From Azolla caroliniana (taxonomy: Eukaryota; Plantae; Polypodiophyta): a stretch of 64,000 bases of DNA. Below, piece by piece: positions 1 to 13,684 of the stretch; the stretch's first letter is position 1, and every line of letters starts with the position of its first letter. The notes beneath the pieces were generated by a model. The model made no database searches, was not told the DNA's origin, and saw nothing but the letters and a program-made list of their open reading frames with translations. The DNA lies in contig JBHGNT010000020.1 of NCBI GenBank assembly GCA_043228905.1, positions 9,114,001 through 9,178,000 of the forward strand, read 5' to 3'. The position numbers and the translations under genes were made by a program.

Positions 1-258
1 TCAATAATCGGTATTTGGCATATATATTCGGAAGCGAATTGGGCTCACTCCGACTCGGCAACATTCGGGAAGACCAGTCGGTTCTGTCCCTCAAGTTACC
101 GAAGTCAATTCGAGCAAGTTCAACAATACATATATCCGAAGCCGAACCGACTCGGGTTCAAATCCGACTAGAACGATATCGGGTGAGCCGACCGGCTGCA
201 CTCCAACAAGGTTTGTAGTCAACTCCGAACCGAGCTTCGTCAACCGAAACCGAATCTA

Positions 259-3200
259 ATGGCATCAACATCTGGCTCATCGGAAATGAGTCTAAGGAGG
301 TTCGACGGTTCGAACTTCAATTTTTGGAAGGAGCAAATGCAGGACTATCTTATAGTCAAGGGTCAGATCGATCTGATTGAGAATGAAACTGCTCCAGAAA
401 TATACAAGGCAAATGAGTGGCCGAAGCTGGACCGAATCGTCCGCGCCACGATTCGGATGCACCTGTCGGAGTTAGTGTACTTCACAGTGCAATCGTGCAC
501 GACAACCTTCGAACTTTGGAAGAAGCTATTGGAAACCTACGAAAAGAATGTCGCCTCAACGAAGATGTATTTGATCCGGCGCCTCTACAACTTGCGGATG
601 AAAGATTCCGATTCGGTTCAGGCACACCTTAACGAGTACGAAAGTTTGAGCTCCCAAATCTTGTCACAGGGGACGACAATCGAGGATGAACTCAGAGCAA
701 TGATACTCATGAGCAGTCTCCCCTCCTCTTGGGAAACCTTCATTACAACTGTGTGCAACGCATCTACGACTGCCATCAAGTACTCCGAAGTCACAAGTGT
801 AATCCTAACTGAAGCAGCTCGGAGAAAGTCTTTCACCAAAGACTCGGCAGAAGAAGCCTATGTAGTACAAGGTTCGATTGACCGATCAAACAACCGGGGA
901 AGAAGCTCTTCCCGAGATATTGACGACCGACCTGAACATATTGTCCATAGAGAATCCAGTCGAATCAGAAGTTCTGCTTATGACTGAGGAATCGAGCACA
1001 TGGCTTCTGAACTCGGGCGCGTCGTATCACGTGACACCTCACTGATCACAGTTTCGACAATATTCGGACCGGGACTCCGACTCAGTTCGGGTCGGAAATT
1101 CGCAGCACTGTGCTATCATCGGAATCGGCACCGTAGAGCTCAACCTTCCGGGTGGCTCTACACTCGTACTACACAACGTCCGACACGTTCCTGAGCTCTC
1201 ACGATCCCTGATCTCCGTCGGACAACTTGATGAAGCTGGCATCCGTGCTGGTTTCTCATCAGGAGGGTGGACACTCCACAGAGGGAACCTCCTGCTTGCT
1301 AGAGGACCAAAGTTACACTCATTGTACCCTTTGTATGTCACACTCAGAGAGGGTATGAAGCTGGCATCCGTGCTAGTTTCTCATCAGGAGGGTGGACACT
1401 CCACAGAGGGAACCTCCTGCTTGCTAGAGGACCAAAGGTACACTCATTGTACCCTTTGTATGTCACACTCAGAGAGGGTGACTTATTTCTGGTAGATATC
1501 CCTCTATCATCCTTATGGCATGGACGACTTGGACACCTCAGCAAGGCCGGCATCACGCACCTATCCAGAGCCGGATACATCCCGAAACTCTCCTTCTCGG
1601 ACCATCAGTTTTGCGAGCATTGCTAGTACGGCAAACAGGTAGCCGCATCACACCTGACATCAGCACCAAGAGAGTCGAGCCCGCTCGATTTGGTCCACTC
1701 GGACGTCTGTGGCCCGATGCCACATCAGTCACTCGGTGGTGCCTCATACTTCGTTAGTTTCATTGACGACTCGACTCGGAAGGTGTGGGCTTACCCCATC
1801 AGAACCAAAGATCGGGTGTTCTCGATCTTCTCAGATTGGCTCGCAATGGTCGAAAACCAGACCGGTCGGAAACTGAAGTGTCTCCGAACCGACAATGGAG
1901 GTGAGTTCAAATCTAATGAATTCGTCAAATTTTGCTGAGAACGCGGCATTAGACGTGAATATACGGCACCATATAGTCCAGAGCAGAACGAAATCGCAGA
2001 ACGCATGAATCGGACGATTCAAGAACGCGTTGTATCCATGCTCCAACACTCCGGACTGTCGGATGGCTTCTGGGCAGAGGCTCTACTCACGGCAGTACAC
2101 ATAATCAATACGTCGCCAAGTAGACCTCTAGGACTTAGGATACCTCAGGAAAGTCGATTTATGATAAGCTGAGGATTTTCGGTTGCGAGGCATACGCCCT
2201 CATACCGAAAGACGACCGCCGAAAACTCGAACCGAGATCAAGGAAATGCGTTTTCCTCGGGTATGGACCCGACGGCGAGATCGGATACCGACTCTAGGAC
2301 CCCGAGCACAGGCAAATCGTCCGAAGTTCGGACGTCGTGTTCAACGAGTCGACTATGCACAAAACGGCCGAAAGGCCTATTGAAGTCCAAAGGGTAATAT
2401 TTTCCGAAGTGCCAACCCTTCATGACGGCCCAACACACAACACGAGACCGGTTTCACGGGTAACCAACTTCTCTCGCACCGAATCCATAGATTCGGCACA
2501 GCCGAATGGCTCAGCTTCCGACCATCTGACATCGACACCCGGTGCAACTAGTCCAGTCATACCTCGAAGATCCAAGAGAGTGTCGCAACCTCCGGAGAGG
2601 TACTCTCCCGCAATTTTCTTCACCGACACCGGCGAACCGACGTCCTACGAAGAAGCATCGGTAGCTGCCGATTCAGCCACCTGGCATTTGGCAATGGAAT
2701 CGGAAATGCACTCCATCCGCGCCAACAAGACTTGGGATCTGGTCGACTTATCAAAGAATCGACGTGCTCTTCCTTGCAAGTGGGTCTATAGACTAAAGGA
2801 GACGTCCGACTCGACCACCCCAAAGTACAAGGCCAGATTAGTTGCGAAGGGATTTCGACAGGAATATGGCGTCGACTTCGACGAAATCTTTTCACCAGTG
2901 GTGAAAATGACAACCCTTCGTTTCATGCTCGGTGTTGTGGCTGCCGACAATTTGGAGCTGATTCAGCTAGATGTGAAAACGGCATTCCTCCACGGTGATC
3001 TAAAGGAGGAAATCTACATGGAGCAGCCGAAAGGCTTTGTGGCCACCGGTCAGGAACATCTAGTCTGCCGACTCAGGAAGAGTCTTTACGGCCTGAAACA
3101 GGCACCCCGACAGTGGTACAAGAAGTTCGACGATTTCATCCAGTCGGTCAGCTTCTCCAAGAGCGATGAGGACCACTGCCTCTTCACCAAAACAGCTCAA

Positions 3201-4210
3201 GACGGTTCTCCCGTCTTCCTCATCATCTACGTGGACGACATGCTACTCTCCGATCGGCATACCGGAGACCTCACCGAACTCGTTCGGAAACTGCGATTGA
3301 AGTTTGCCATGAAGGACCTCGGTCCGGCAAGACACATACTCAGAATGCAGATTAGTCGGAATCGCGCCAAAAGACAACTTTTTCTATCTCAAACCGACTA
3401 CATCGGACGTGTCTTGGAACACTTCAACATGCAATTGGCCAAGTCTGCTTCGACCCCGCTCCTCGTTCATCTTCAGTTGTCTCAGCGAGACTGCCGACAT
3501 CCAGTCCGGAGGGGGAAGACATGAAGTCGGTACCGTATGCACCGGCAGTAGGCTCTCTTATGTACGCGATGGTCACGACACGGCCTGATATTTCCCACGC
3601 CGTAGGAGTCATCAGCAGATTTATGCACAATCCCGGTCGATCGCACTGGAACGCAGTCAAGCATGTGTTCAGATATTTAGCTGGCACAAAAGACCACGAC
3701 ATCCTTTTCGGTCCGAACTCAACTTCAGGCGTAGTCGGTTACACCGACTTGGACTTCGCCGGCTGTGTGGACAGTCGCAAGTCAACAACCGGATATTGCT
3801 TTAAATTCGGCAATGGAGCAATCTCGTGGAAGTCGAAACTTCAAGAGTGCACAGCCACCTCAACGACCGAAGCAGAATATGTAGTTGCCTCCGACGCAGC
3901 GAAAGAAGCTTTATGGCTCGGTCGGCTGGCGCACACGTTTCGGCAAGTCGACTCCGACTCGGCTCCAGTTGTCTACAACGACAGTCAGAGTGCCGTTGCT
4001 TTGTCGAAAAATCTAGTTCATCACAACGCCTCCAAGCATATCGAAGTTCGATATCACTTTGTTCGGGACTGCGTCATTTCCGGGAAAATCGGTTTAGAGA
4101 AGATATCCACAACCAATAATGTCGCAGATGGAATGACCAAGTGTCTTTCGGCAGACCGTTTCCGGTCTCTTCGGCAACAGATGGGCGTAACAACATATCG
4201 GTCCGGTTGA
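259..4210 (+). pseudogene. Disrupted copia gag-pol polyprotein
   Basis: ORF pieces 259-987, 1690-1938, 2337-3524 and 3521-4210 in different frames; in-frame stops at about 1622 and 1936. Confidence 0.9.
1230..1479 (+). repeat. 125-bp tandem duplication inside copia pol
   Basis: ATGAAGCTGGCATCCGTGCT...CTCAGAGAGGGT at 1230-1354 and again at 1355-1479; length not divisible by 3, so it shifts the frame. Confidence 0.95.
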
Positions 4211-4404
4211 AGCCGGACATAGTGCAGGACGGTTTCGGACAACAGACATCGGTTCACTGACGACCAACTTCAGCTTTTCCGACCCGACCAATTTGGTCTT
4301 CTGTCTACGGATCATGCCGATTCGAACAAAACTGACCTGTCCGAGAACCTATGCCTATACCCGTATTTTTTAGATAACCCATGTATACGCCCATTACGGG
4401 GGAG

Positions 4405-4718
4405 TGTCTAATACAAATGTATAATGGACGTATTCACACTATCCTCTTAGAGAGCCCAAGTTCGGGCTATTTCTGTAAATAACATAAAGGGCAATTGCCC
4501 TAAGTGAGTCACTATATAAAGTGACTTTGTAACCTTTTGTAAAGGTTGTTGTAAATGTTGCCCTTTTATGAATATAGATATATGCTTTGTGCCTCTCTCT
4601 CTCTCTCTATCTCCCTGTACGTAATTTGTTCTTGCCTCTCTCATACGCAGGTATTTCTTCCTCACAGATTCATACTGTGTGATCTCTTCCGCACTGACGG
4701 CTTTGTCCATTCCCTACA
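4405..4718 (+). repeat. 3' LTR of copia element A
   Basis: Starts TGT directly after the PPT, contains TATATAAA, ends ...CCCTACA. Right end is inferred because the partner LTR is not in the window. Confidence 0.7.
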
Positions 4719-6144
4719 AAAACTCCCTATTGCATCTAGGGGTATAAATTGAATGACAATGTCAATATCAAATATTTCATCACCACCATGGTAGAATTAC
4801 TAAACCATCAAGTTAATAACAAACTTGGTATCAAGTGAAAACAAGTTATCACCATACATGTGGAAGCAAAAACGTGATCAGCACCGGTGGGTGTATGCAA
4901 CACATCTCCTTGAGATTACATCATAATCAAACCACCCTCAATATCACTACTTCTTGTCCTACCCTCCAACCACACCCACTCCATAACACAAAGAAGAAGG
5001 TAACAAGGTTTACATGTGTATGTGAGTAGTGCGTGAGATGAATTGAGAAAAGAATCTCGTGACTCTTCCATAGACGATAGAAATAGGGGTTTGGTGTCAA
5101 TCGAGATCAAGGTTGTGTATAGATTCCTTCACTTTCTAACTGTCTTTGTCTTGGTGTTCCGATCTCTCCGTCATGGGTAAACATCCCATTATTGTAATAA
5201 ATTGTCTCATGGGCCAAATTTGGTCTTAGAAGACACTAATATATCTTTCTTTTTTTCTCACTCTTTGTTTTCTAATCTCCCATTCCCAATATATGTTTTC
5301 AATATAAAGCTTATGCACGTATTGTTCCATCTCTTCATTGGTGAATTCACTAACTATACCTTCTTTTTTGCCCATGAGTTGTGTCCATGCTAACTTTGGT
5401 TGGAGTTTAAGCATTAGCATTTTTAAATTTTCTTACATTTATTAATATTGTCTGTTCTTTCTCCTCACAATTCTTCAATGTTGATACAACATTAAGGACT
5501 TCTTCATTTTTTATTTTTGCGCGCCTAAATCCTACACATCAAGGAGTCCAAATTATTGAAAGAATTTTGTTGGATGGTAGAGCTCTCCAGTGGAACATAC
5601 AGATTTCAGTCCTTAATCGCTAGCTGAGTGGAGTTCACCATCAAAGAATTGCTGATATTAGATCCTAGTCCATAGCAGGATGTACTCCAACGAGTAAAAG
5701 GTGAATTCCACATGGAACATGGGGAATCTATGGTGATGACATCACACGAGCATCTGCTACTCTTCAACAGAAGAGACTAGTAGCTACACCTTTCAAAGCT
5801 TATGACTTAGTTTCATGCTCTCCATGAAGGTAAATGGTGTGACTAGCAAAGAGTTAACATCCATGAACTTCACATGTTGTTTCCCGTGAGCAACAATAGA
5901 GGAGCACCACACATGTAAAGTCCTAGCTAAGAGGACATCAAAGTCGAAACATATGGATGATACTCTAAGCATTCAAATCCAATGACCACATCTTGAACTA
6001 AACAAATCTAAAATTTGCTAATTCTCACATCCCACTTCCTTTTTCTCCACCTCTGTTTGATGATGTCTCACTTGATGCCTAAGACCAGTAACCTTTCTGT
6101 CCCACATACATATGTACATGCGCAAATTTATCTTTGCATATTTA

Positions 6145-6470
6145 TATGCATGAAGTATTTGAAAACATAAGGTGATTCAGATTACTGACAATGAGCTTTG
6201 ATATTCTCTTGTGGTTCAATGTTAAGTGATCTTCCATTCTGGAAGTTATAACCAGCATCCATAGTTTTTCCTTCATATGTATTGATGAATGCGCAAGTGT
6301 TGACCAACTCCACATGATATCCATCTAAAATAACCTTTGCTCATTGTAAATACCGGTCTTCTGACTCATCTGCGGCAGAATATTTTAACTTTGCATAAAT
6401 ATCTAAGTTTCGAAGTTGTCCTGTATCATTTGAAAATGGTCTAAAGTTTCTACTCGGATCGGTTCACACA
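6145..6470 (-). pseudogene. Frameshifted E+/DYW-domain remnant behind PPR gene 1
   Basis: Alternate minus frame reads V*TDPSRNFRPFSNDTGQLRNLDIYAKLK...GYHVELVNTCAFINTYEGKT, then ISKL in another frame; collinear with PLS E+/DYW consensus. Confidence 0.65.
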
Positions 6471-9339
6471 TTCCTTGCAGCATAAAAGTAGCATATTTCA
6501 ACCTCATTGCATCAACTTTTCTTGCGTCCTCATCCATACCAGCAGCAACAAAAATATTAGCCATAAGAACAAACGCAGTAGCACAACTATGGTCCATTTT
6601 AACTGTCTCATCAAAAGCCAATCTCCCAAGCTTCACATTCCCCCATTTTTTACAAGCACCTAGTAGTGCAAGCCAAACATCAGGATAATCGGATGACGGC
6701 ATTGCCCTAATCACTGACATTGCCTTTTCAAAGAGCCCTGCACCTCCATAAACACCCACCATACAAATATGGTGCTCTAAATTTGGAAAAATGCCATATT
6801 TAGTGCTCATATTCCCATAAAGCATTTGAGCCTCATTCAACAATCCTGAGCAACGACAGGAATTTAAAACAGATCGTAGGGTGATTGCATCTGGTGAAAT
6901 ACCTTCATTTTGCATATGTTTCAAACAGTTAAGTGCTTCATGGCCTTGCCCTTGTTGAGCATACCCTGCAATGAGCACCGACCAAGAGATTACATCTCGA
7001 ATAGGAAGTTCTTCCAATACTTGGCGTGCTTTTGCAAGCATGCCACATTTAACATACATATCCACCAAAGCATTGCCTAGTACAATATCATCCTTGAGTA
7101 GGCCCCTACTCTCAACCTCTTCATGTATTTGTTTGCCTTTATCTACAGCTCCTATGTTGCCACATACATTTAAGATGCAAATGAATGTCACAAAACTTGG
7201 AGAGTGACCCTCACTTTGCATTCGATCAAAACAATCCAAAGCATCATGACATTTCCCATATTGGGCATAACCCACAATGAGAGTATTCCAGGAGACATCA
7301 TCTCGAACAGGAAGTTCTTCAAGCACCCGTTGTGCTTTTCTAAGCATACCACATTTGGCATACATATCTAATATTGCATTTCCAAGCACAATATCCTTCT
7401 CCAGCAACTGCATCCTCACAATGTGGCCATGAATTTGCTTTCCCTTGTCAATAGTTCTGGTGCTGCTACATGCCTTTAAAATACAAATGAAGGTCACTGA
7501 ATCTGGAGACAGTCCCTCGCTTTGCATTCCTTCCAAGCAATGAAGTGCTTCATGAATTTTCCCTCGTTGGACATACCCAGAAATCAATGCAGACCAACAT
7601 GCTACATTACGAACAGAAAGCTCATCAAGAACCTTTTGAGCTTTTGTAAGTATACCACATTTGGCATACATATCCACCAATGCAGTGCCAAGCATGATAT
7701 CCTTCTCCAACAAGCACCTATCCATGATCTCATCATGAATTTGTTCGCCCTTCACTATAGCTTCCATGCTAGCGCATGCCTTCAAGATGCAAATGAAGGT
7801 GACCTTATCAGGAGAGAGGCCGTCACTCTTCATCCTTTCAAAACTATTCATTGATTCATTGCATAACCCATGTTCTGCATACCCTGAAATCAGCGCATTC
7901 CAAGACACAACATCTCGAACTGGGAGGTCTTTCAGCACCTCTTCTGCTGTTTTAAATGCACCAAATTTGGCATACATATCAATCAAAGCATTTCCGAGCG
8001 CAATATCTTTCAACAAACCCCTTATTATAATAGCATCATGAAATTCTTTGCCCTTTTCTATAGCTCCTAGATCACTGCATGCCCTTAAGATGCATATAAA
8101 AGTGATTGCATCCGGAGAGAAGCCCTCGCTTTGCATCAGTTCCAAACAGTTCAGCACTTTATAAGCTTGCCCATATTGGGCATATCCTGACATTAATGTG
8201 TTCCAAGTCACGACATCCCGGCTAGGAATCACTTCAAGAACTTTCTCAGCTTTTGCAAGCTCTCCACACTTTGCATACATATCTAACATAGCATTGCAAA
8301 GCACAAAATCCTTTTGGAACAAGCCCCTATTGATAATTTCATTGCAAATCTGATCTCCCTTATCTATAGCTCTTAGTCTGCCGCAAACAATCAATATGCA
8401 TGTGAAAGTCACTAAATCTGGAGTCTGACCTTTACTTTGCATCCATCCAAAACAATCTAGTGCTTCATGATATTGTTCTTGTTGGACATGGCCTGATATT
8501 AGTGCATTCCATGAGGATACATTTCTACCTGGGATTCTTTCCAGGACTTGTCGTGCTTGTGCAAGAAGCCCACATTTGGCATACATATCTACCAAAGCAC
8601 TGCTCAGTACAGTATCCTTCTCTAACAAGCCCCTATTCACAATATGTTCATGAACTTGTTTGCCCTTCCCTATAGCTCCAATGGTACCACAAGCCTTAAG
8701 AATAGAAATGAAGGTGACTTCATCCGGAGAGATACCCTCTATTTGCATCTGTTCTAAACAGTCTAGTGCTCTATAACCTTGTCCTTGTTGGGCAAATCCT
8801 GCAATTAAAGAATTCCAAGAGACTACATTTCGTATTGGAAGCTCTTTGAGCACTTGTATTGCTTTTGTAAGTGCCCCACATTTGGCATACATATCCACCA
8901 GAGCACTTCCAACAACAACATCTTTCTCAAGCAAACCCCTCCTAGAAATTTCATCATGCATTTGTTTGCCCTTGCCTATCGCCCCAATTATTCCACATGC
9001 CTTCACAATGCAAGTATAAGTGATCACATCGGGAAACAAGCCTTCATTTTGCATCCTTTCAAAACAGTTTAAAGCGTCGTGACCTTTTCCTTGCTGGGAA
9101 TACCCTGCAATTAGAGCATTCCATGAGAATTGAGTCCTGAAAGGAAGAGTATCAAGCACTTCTTGTGCTTTCGCGAGCATGCCACATTTGACATACATGC
9201 TAATCAGACTGCTTCCTAGATATGAGTTTTTTTGCAGCAAACCCTTACGCAAAATCTCAATATGTAACCGTCTTCCTTCACACAGGTCCTTCTTCTTGGC
9301 ACAAACCTTGAGCAAGGCCACAAAAGTACAACATTCCAT
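6403..9339 (-). CDS. PLS-class pentatricopeptide repeat protein with E1/E2 (978 aa), no intact DYW
   Basis: Intronless ORF; about 26 motifs in L-S-P triplets (TFICILKAC / LGNALVDMYAKCG / VSWNALISGY) ending P2-L2-S2, then E1 'DVWLALLGAC' and E2 'AFVLMANIF'. Confidence 0.93.
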   Translation of the reverse strand: MECCTFVALLKVCAKKKDLCEGRRLHIEILRKGLLQKNSYLGSSLISMYVKCGMLAKAQEVLDTLPFRTQFSWNALIAGYSQQGKGHDALNCFERMQNEGLFPDVITYTCIVKACGIIGAIGKGKQMHDEISRRGLLEKDVVVGSALVDMYAKCGALTKAIQVLKELPIRNVVSWNSLIAGFAQQGQGYRALDCLEQMQIEGISPDEVTFISILKACGTIGAIGKGKQVHEHIVNRGLLEKDTVLSSALVDMYAKCGLLAQARQVLERIPGRNVSSWNALISGHVQQEQYHEALDCFGWMQSKGQTPDLVTFTCILIVCGRLRAIDKGDQICNEIINRGLFQKDFVLCNAMLDMYAKCGELAKAEKVLEVIPSRDVVTWNTLMSGYAQYGQAYKVLNCLELMQSEGFSPDAITFICILRACSDLGAIEKGKEFHDAIIIRGLLKDIALGNALIDMYAKFGAFKTAEEVLKDLPVRDVVSWNALISGYAEHGLCNESMNSFERMKSDGLSPDKVTFICILKACASMEAIVKGEQIHDEIMDRCLLEKDIMLGTALVDMYAKCGILTKAQKVLDELSVRNVACWSALISGYVQRGKIHEALHCLEGMQSEGLSPDSVTFICILKACSSTRTIDKGKQIHGHIVRMQLLEKDIVLGNAILDMYAKCGMLRKAQRVLEELPVRDDVSWNTLIVGYAQYGKCHDALDCFDRMQSEGHSPSFVTFICILNVCGNIGAVDKGKQIHEEVESRGLLKDDIVLGNALVDMYVKCGMLAKARQVLEELPIRDVISWSVLIAGYAQQGQGHEALNCLKHMQNEGISPDAITLRSVLNSCRCSGLLNEAQMLYGNMSTKYGIFPNLEHHICMVGVYGGAGLFEKAMSVIRAMPSSDYPDVWLALLGACKKWGNVKLGRLAFDETVKMDHSCATAFVLMANIFVAAGMDEDARKVDAMRLKYATFMLQGMCEPIRVETLDHFQMIQDNFET

Positions 9340-9646
9340 GACTTTTTTACTTCAAACTGTAATGCCATTGGGCGGCCTAGTTAATTTTCTTAGTGAAACA
9401 TAAGAGTATATATACAAATTTTTCTTTTTTTCTTCTTCTTCTTTTTTTGAATTTCCATGGCATGATTGAAATCATTTGCAGGTTTGTTAATTCTTCTTAG
9501 ATTCTCTCTGTATTTGTCTCTTGGCTAATTATGGTCTCATATTGTCAGAACTACAGTCTTATACAAACCTTGACATAAAATTTCCTTTCTCTCCTCCTCT
9601 ATCATGGAGTGATTTCTATCACATACTCAACATTGTTTTGGCTTTC

Positions 9647-9674
9647 TCTCCTCCTCCTCCTCCTCCTCCTCCTC
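9647..9674. repeat. (CCT)n microsatellite
   Basis: Direct reading of the sequence. Confidence 0.85.
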
Positions 9675-12600
9675 TGCCCATGTGATGATTCTTATCATTT
9701 TATTGATTGATTCTATCTCTATCTCCGTCTATCTATACATCATTTCACTTTCTTATGTCACTTTCTCTCTCCCTCTCTCTGTGTGTCTCTGTTGCTGTTT
9801 GTATTCATTCACCCTGCTCATCGGTAGCCTCCTCATTGCCGCTGTAATTGGTCTCAATGGTTTTCTTTATTTCCCCAAATGCCCCTTGTCCCAAACCCCT
9901 CGTCCCCTCGGGCCCGACAAGACGATGGGTCCCGTTCACAGTATTGACTGCACTAATTGCATGCATACATGAGTATGGGGGATTGGTTCATTGGACACGT
10001 CCATCACTGCCAAGGGCATCTCAGAGAAATTTGAAAATTCTTGGTTTAATAATGCCACATTATAACTCAGTCAAGAAGAATCGATTAAGTGGCCATGTCG
10101 TTGCTCGAGTGGGCCTCATAAAGTACATTTTGGAGAAATCGCAAACGCATATACGCATTTGGGGATATATAGGAGAAACTTGTGTATATTTCGGAGTTTT
10201 TCTATACAAAATATTTATAAGCTTTCACATTTTACTTTTTCTGCATGAGATAGATCTTCGTAACCATGAAAATCCACCATAGAGAATACAAACAATATTT
10301 TAAGATATTTTTTGTGAAATCCAACAAAATGGGAATCTAGAGCATTTCTATATTGCATGTCTTCAAATTTGACTCCATGCTTCTTTGTAAACATATTACT
10401 TTTGCATTTTCCCAATTCAAAGTCATGACGTGGTGTTATCCTCTAATCAACATGTAATGATCAATATCTTGCATCAAAACAAAGTAATGGATATTCATCA
10501 ACGTGATGGTGGACGAAGACAAGATGGTACAAATCTGCCTCGGTGGTCTAGCGCAAAGGTACAGGCCAATCCGGACAACGATCTACACTCGAGAGAAACC
10601 ACCGTCTTTCTTTGACTTGCAATAGATGCTGATGGTTGAAGAAAACCACGCAAGTGGGTCCAGGACCACTCAATCGGATGGCCGGATACTATACCCATGG
10701 ACGTGGTGGACGAGGTGGGTTGGCACGCAATGGAGGCAATGCAAGAGTAGGACAGAAGGCACAGAGATAGTGCCGACAGCAGTTCCGAACCCTCCACAAG
10801 CAAGGGGAGTCAAAGCGGGCGTCAAGAACCGACAAGGAAAGGCCGACACAGAATGTTGGTACTGTGGCAAAAAGGGCCACAGGGAAAGCGAGTGTTGGAA
10901 GAAGCGCGCCAATTCGGACAAATCCGAATTCGGGAAAACCGGTCGGGAAAACCGGCAAAGCTCGCACTATGTAGAAGGATCGGAAGGATCCAAAACCAGG
11001 AAGACTTGTAAAGGGCCGGCCTTCGTGATGAAGCACAAGGCTAACTCGATGAAGAAGACTACTTCCAAATCGGCGAAAGTATGGTTCATTGATTCCGGTG
11101 CGTTGAACCACATGACGAGCCATAAAGAGTGGTTCTCTTTTCTAGAGAAATCGGATCAACCGAGAGTTGTCGAAACCGGAGATGACACTCCTCACCCAAT
11201 TGTGCATGTCAGAGAAGTCCCTTTGAGCCATATTGGACAGAGGGGGAAGCTAATGAACGTATTACACGTTCCGACAATCACAAAGAACCTGGTGTCAGTC
11301 GAACAAATCGTCGACCAGGGGATGCAGGTGTGGTTTACGCACCTCGGGTGCTTCATCGAGGAAGAAGGCCAGATAATCGCGCAAGGGCGCAGAGACGGGA
11401 GGATGTTCATCCTCAACACTAAGGACATCGGCACCGCTATGTTTGCAAAAGGGCAGAAGGTCGAGTCGGACATCGACCTATGGCACAAGCGGATCGGCCA
11501 CGTCAACCACCGGAGACTTTAGAACCTGCAATCGAAACAAGTTGTTTTCGGTTTGCCGAAATTTAGCGGCCGAAAAGCCGAAATTTGTGAAGCATGCCAA
11601 CTCGGGAAGTAACACCGGCTTCCATTCCCTGTCGAACGAAACCGGAGCCATAACAAGCTCGACCTAATCCATTCGGATGTATGGGGACCGGCACAAAACA
11701 TTAGTCTTGGCAGGAGTCGATATTTCGTCTCCTTCATCGACGATTATAGCCGGCACACATGGATCTACCTCATCGAGAGGAAGAGCGAAGTTTTCGAATG
11801 TTTCCGAAACCTTCAAAGCTTAGTTGAACGGGAAACAGAGAGGAAGATCAAGTGCCTGCGGTCGGATTGCGGAAAAGAATACTTTTCCGGCTAATTCAAC
11901 AGTTATCTGTAGCAGAACGGAATTCACAGAGAATTCAGCTATCGGTACACATCGGAACAAAACGGTGTGGCCGAGAGGAAGAAGCGATCAATTGTCGATG
12001 CGACAAGGGAAATTCTGGAGGAGAAGAGCATGCCCCAATTCTACTGGGCTGAGGTGGTCCGGACGGCCGTCTACATCCAAAACCGGATCGGTGACAAGGT
12101 GTCAGCACATGAGCTGTATTTCGGGCGGAAGCCGAATTTGAGGCACCTTCGGATATTCGGTAGCATAGCATATGTGCATGTACCGGATGAAAAGCGGAAG
12201 AAGCTCGATCCAAATTCGGAGAAGTGCATCCTAGTCGGTTACTAGCATGAGCAAAAGGGGTATAAGTGTTATAACCCCTGAACTAAGCAGGTCTGAGTAA
12301 GCCGAGATGTTGAGTTCAACGATACGGCTTTGTGGTACTCTCTACCAACTCCGACTTCCGACTCAGACCCGATTCTGGAAGATGAGGCCAGTGAGTCTGA
12401 ATCGGTCCAGATAGAAGCCAACGAGCTTGAGACTCTAGAAGAGAGTCCGGAATCGTTTCGGTTGAGCAGACCGAACGAGCGACTGGGTCAAAGTGACCAG
12501 TTGGATGAGCAACCGGCGAGTAGTGGAGACTCTATCGTGCTCTCCCCGCGCAAGGAACCGAGGAGACGGTTCACGCGCAAAGAGAAGGGGAAGAAGAAGA

Positions 12601-13684
12601 TGTCGAAATACGAAACCGGCAACGTTGAGTCGGATCGGAGCGAATCCGACTCCGGTAAGGATGAAGGCGGATCTTCGGGAACGAAGTCCGAACCGGCTAA
12701 GAAGGGCCCCAAACCAGGTGATGACAAGTTACGTCGATCTTCCCGCCAGAAGAACCCCGTTACGCGGTACGGGTACAATGGGTTCATGGCACATCACTAT
12801 GCGTACATGACCAAAATGGCGAAAGTGCGTGATCCGGAGAGCTACGCAAGAGCGGCGAAGGACGCAAATTGGCGTGCCGCTATGGAAGAAGAAATGCGGG
12901 CACTCAATGCCAACGACACATGGGAACTCATTGACCCTCCTCGACCCTATAAACCGATCGGTTGCAAATGGGTGTACAAAGTAAAGTACAATGACGACGG
13001 TTCGGTTAACTAGTACAAAGCCCAGTTAGTGGCGAAGGGATACGCAGAGACTCACGGAATCGACTACGACGAGACCTTCACTCCGGTAGCGAAGATGACG
13101 ACGGTTCATGTGGTACTGGCGGTTGTTGCGGCAAGGGGGTGGCATCTTCACCAGATGGACGTGAAGAATGTGTTTCTTCAAGGTGACCTTGAAGAACGGA
13201 TCTATATGATCTAACCTCCCGGTTTTCAGTCGGCGGTGTGCCAGCTTAAGAAGTTGCTTTACAGTCTGAAACAAGCCCCCCAAGCTTGGAATGTGAAGAT
13301 CACGCACCGGTTGCATAAGATGGGGTTTGTGACCTCTAAATCCAACTCATCGTTGTTCATCCGGCAAGGTCTGGATGGTCTGGTTTGCATCTTACTTTAT
13401 GTAGATGATTTAGTCATCACCGGACCCGACTCAATGAAATTGGCCGAGTGAAGTCTCAGCTATCGGATGCATTTGAGATGAAGGACCTGGGGGACCTTCA
13501 TTATTGCTTGGGATCGAGGTGATCCGAACCCCCGATGGCATATTGCTCTCACAACGCCATTATGTGTTGAATATGTTGTACAAGTTCGGCATGACGGAAT
13601 GCCGACCGATCTCCACACCCCTGGACCGGAACCAGAAGCTCTGCCCCGACTCCGAATCGGCTTGCGATGAGAAACGGTTCCGAC

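Larger units (their letters stand above)
1..4718 (+). mobile_element. Degenerate Ty1/copia LTR retrotransposon (element A); 5' LTR lies outside the window
   Basis: Copia domain order: gag (259-987, 'FDGSNFNFWK'), protease remnant (~1000), integrase 'VHSDVCGP..FIDD..LRTDNGGEF' (1690-1938), RT 'LDVKTAFLHG..YVDDML' (2337-3524), RNase H 'TEAEY..KHIEVRYHF' (3521-4210). PPT ACGGGGGAG at 4396-4404. Broken by stops, frameshifts and a gag deletion. Confidence 0.93.
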
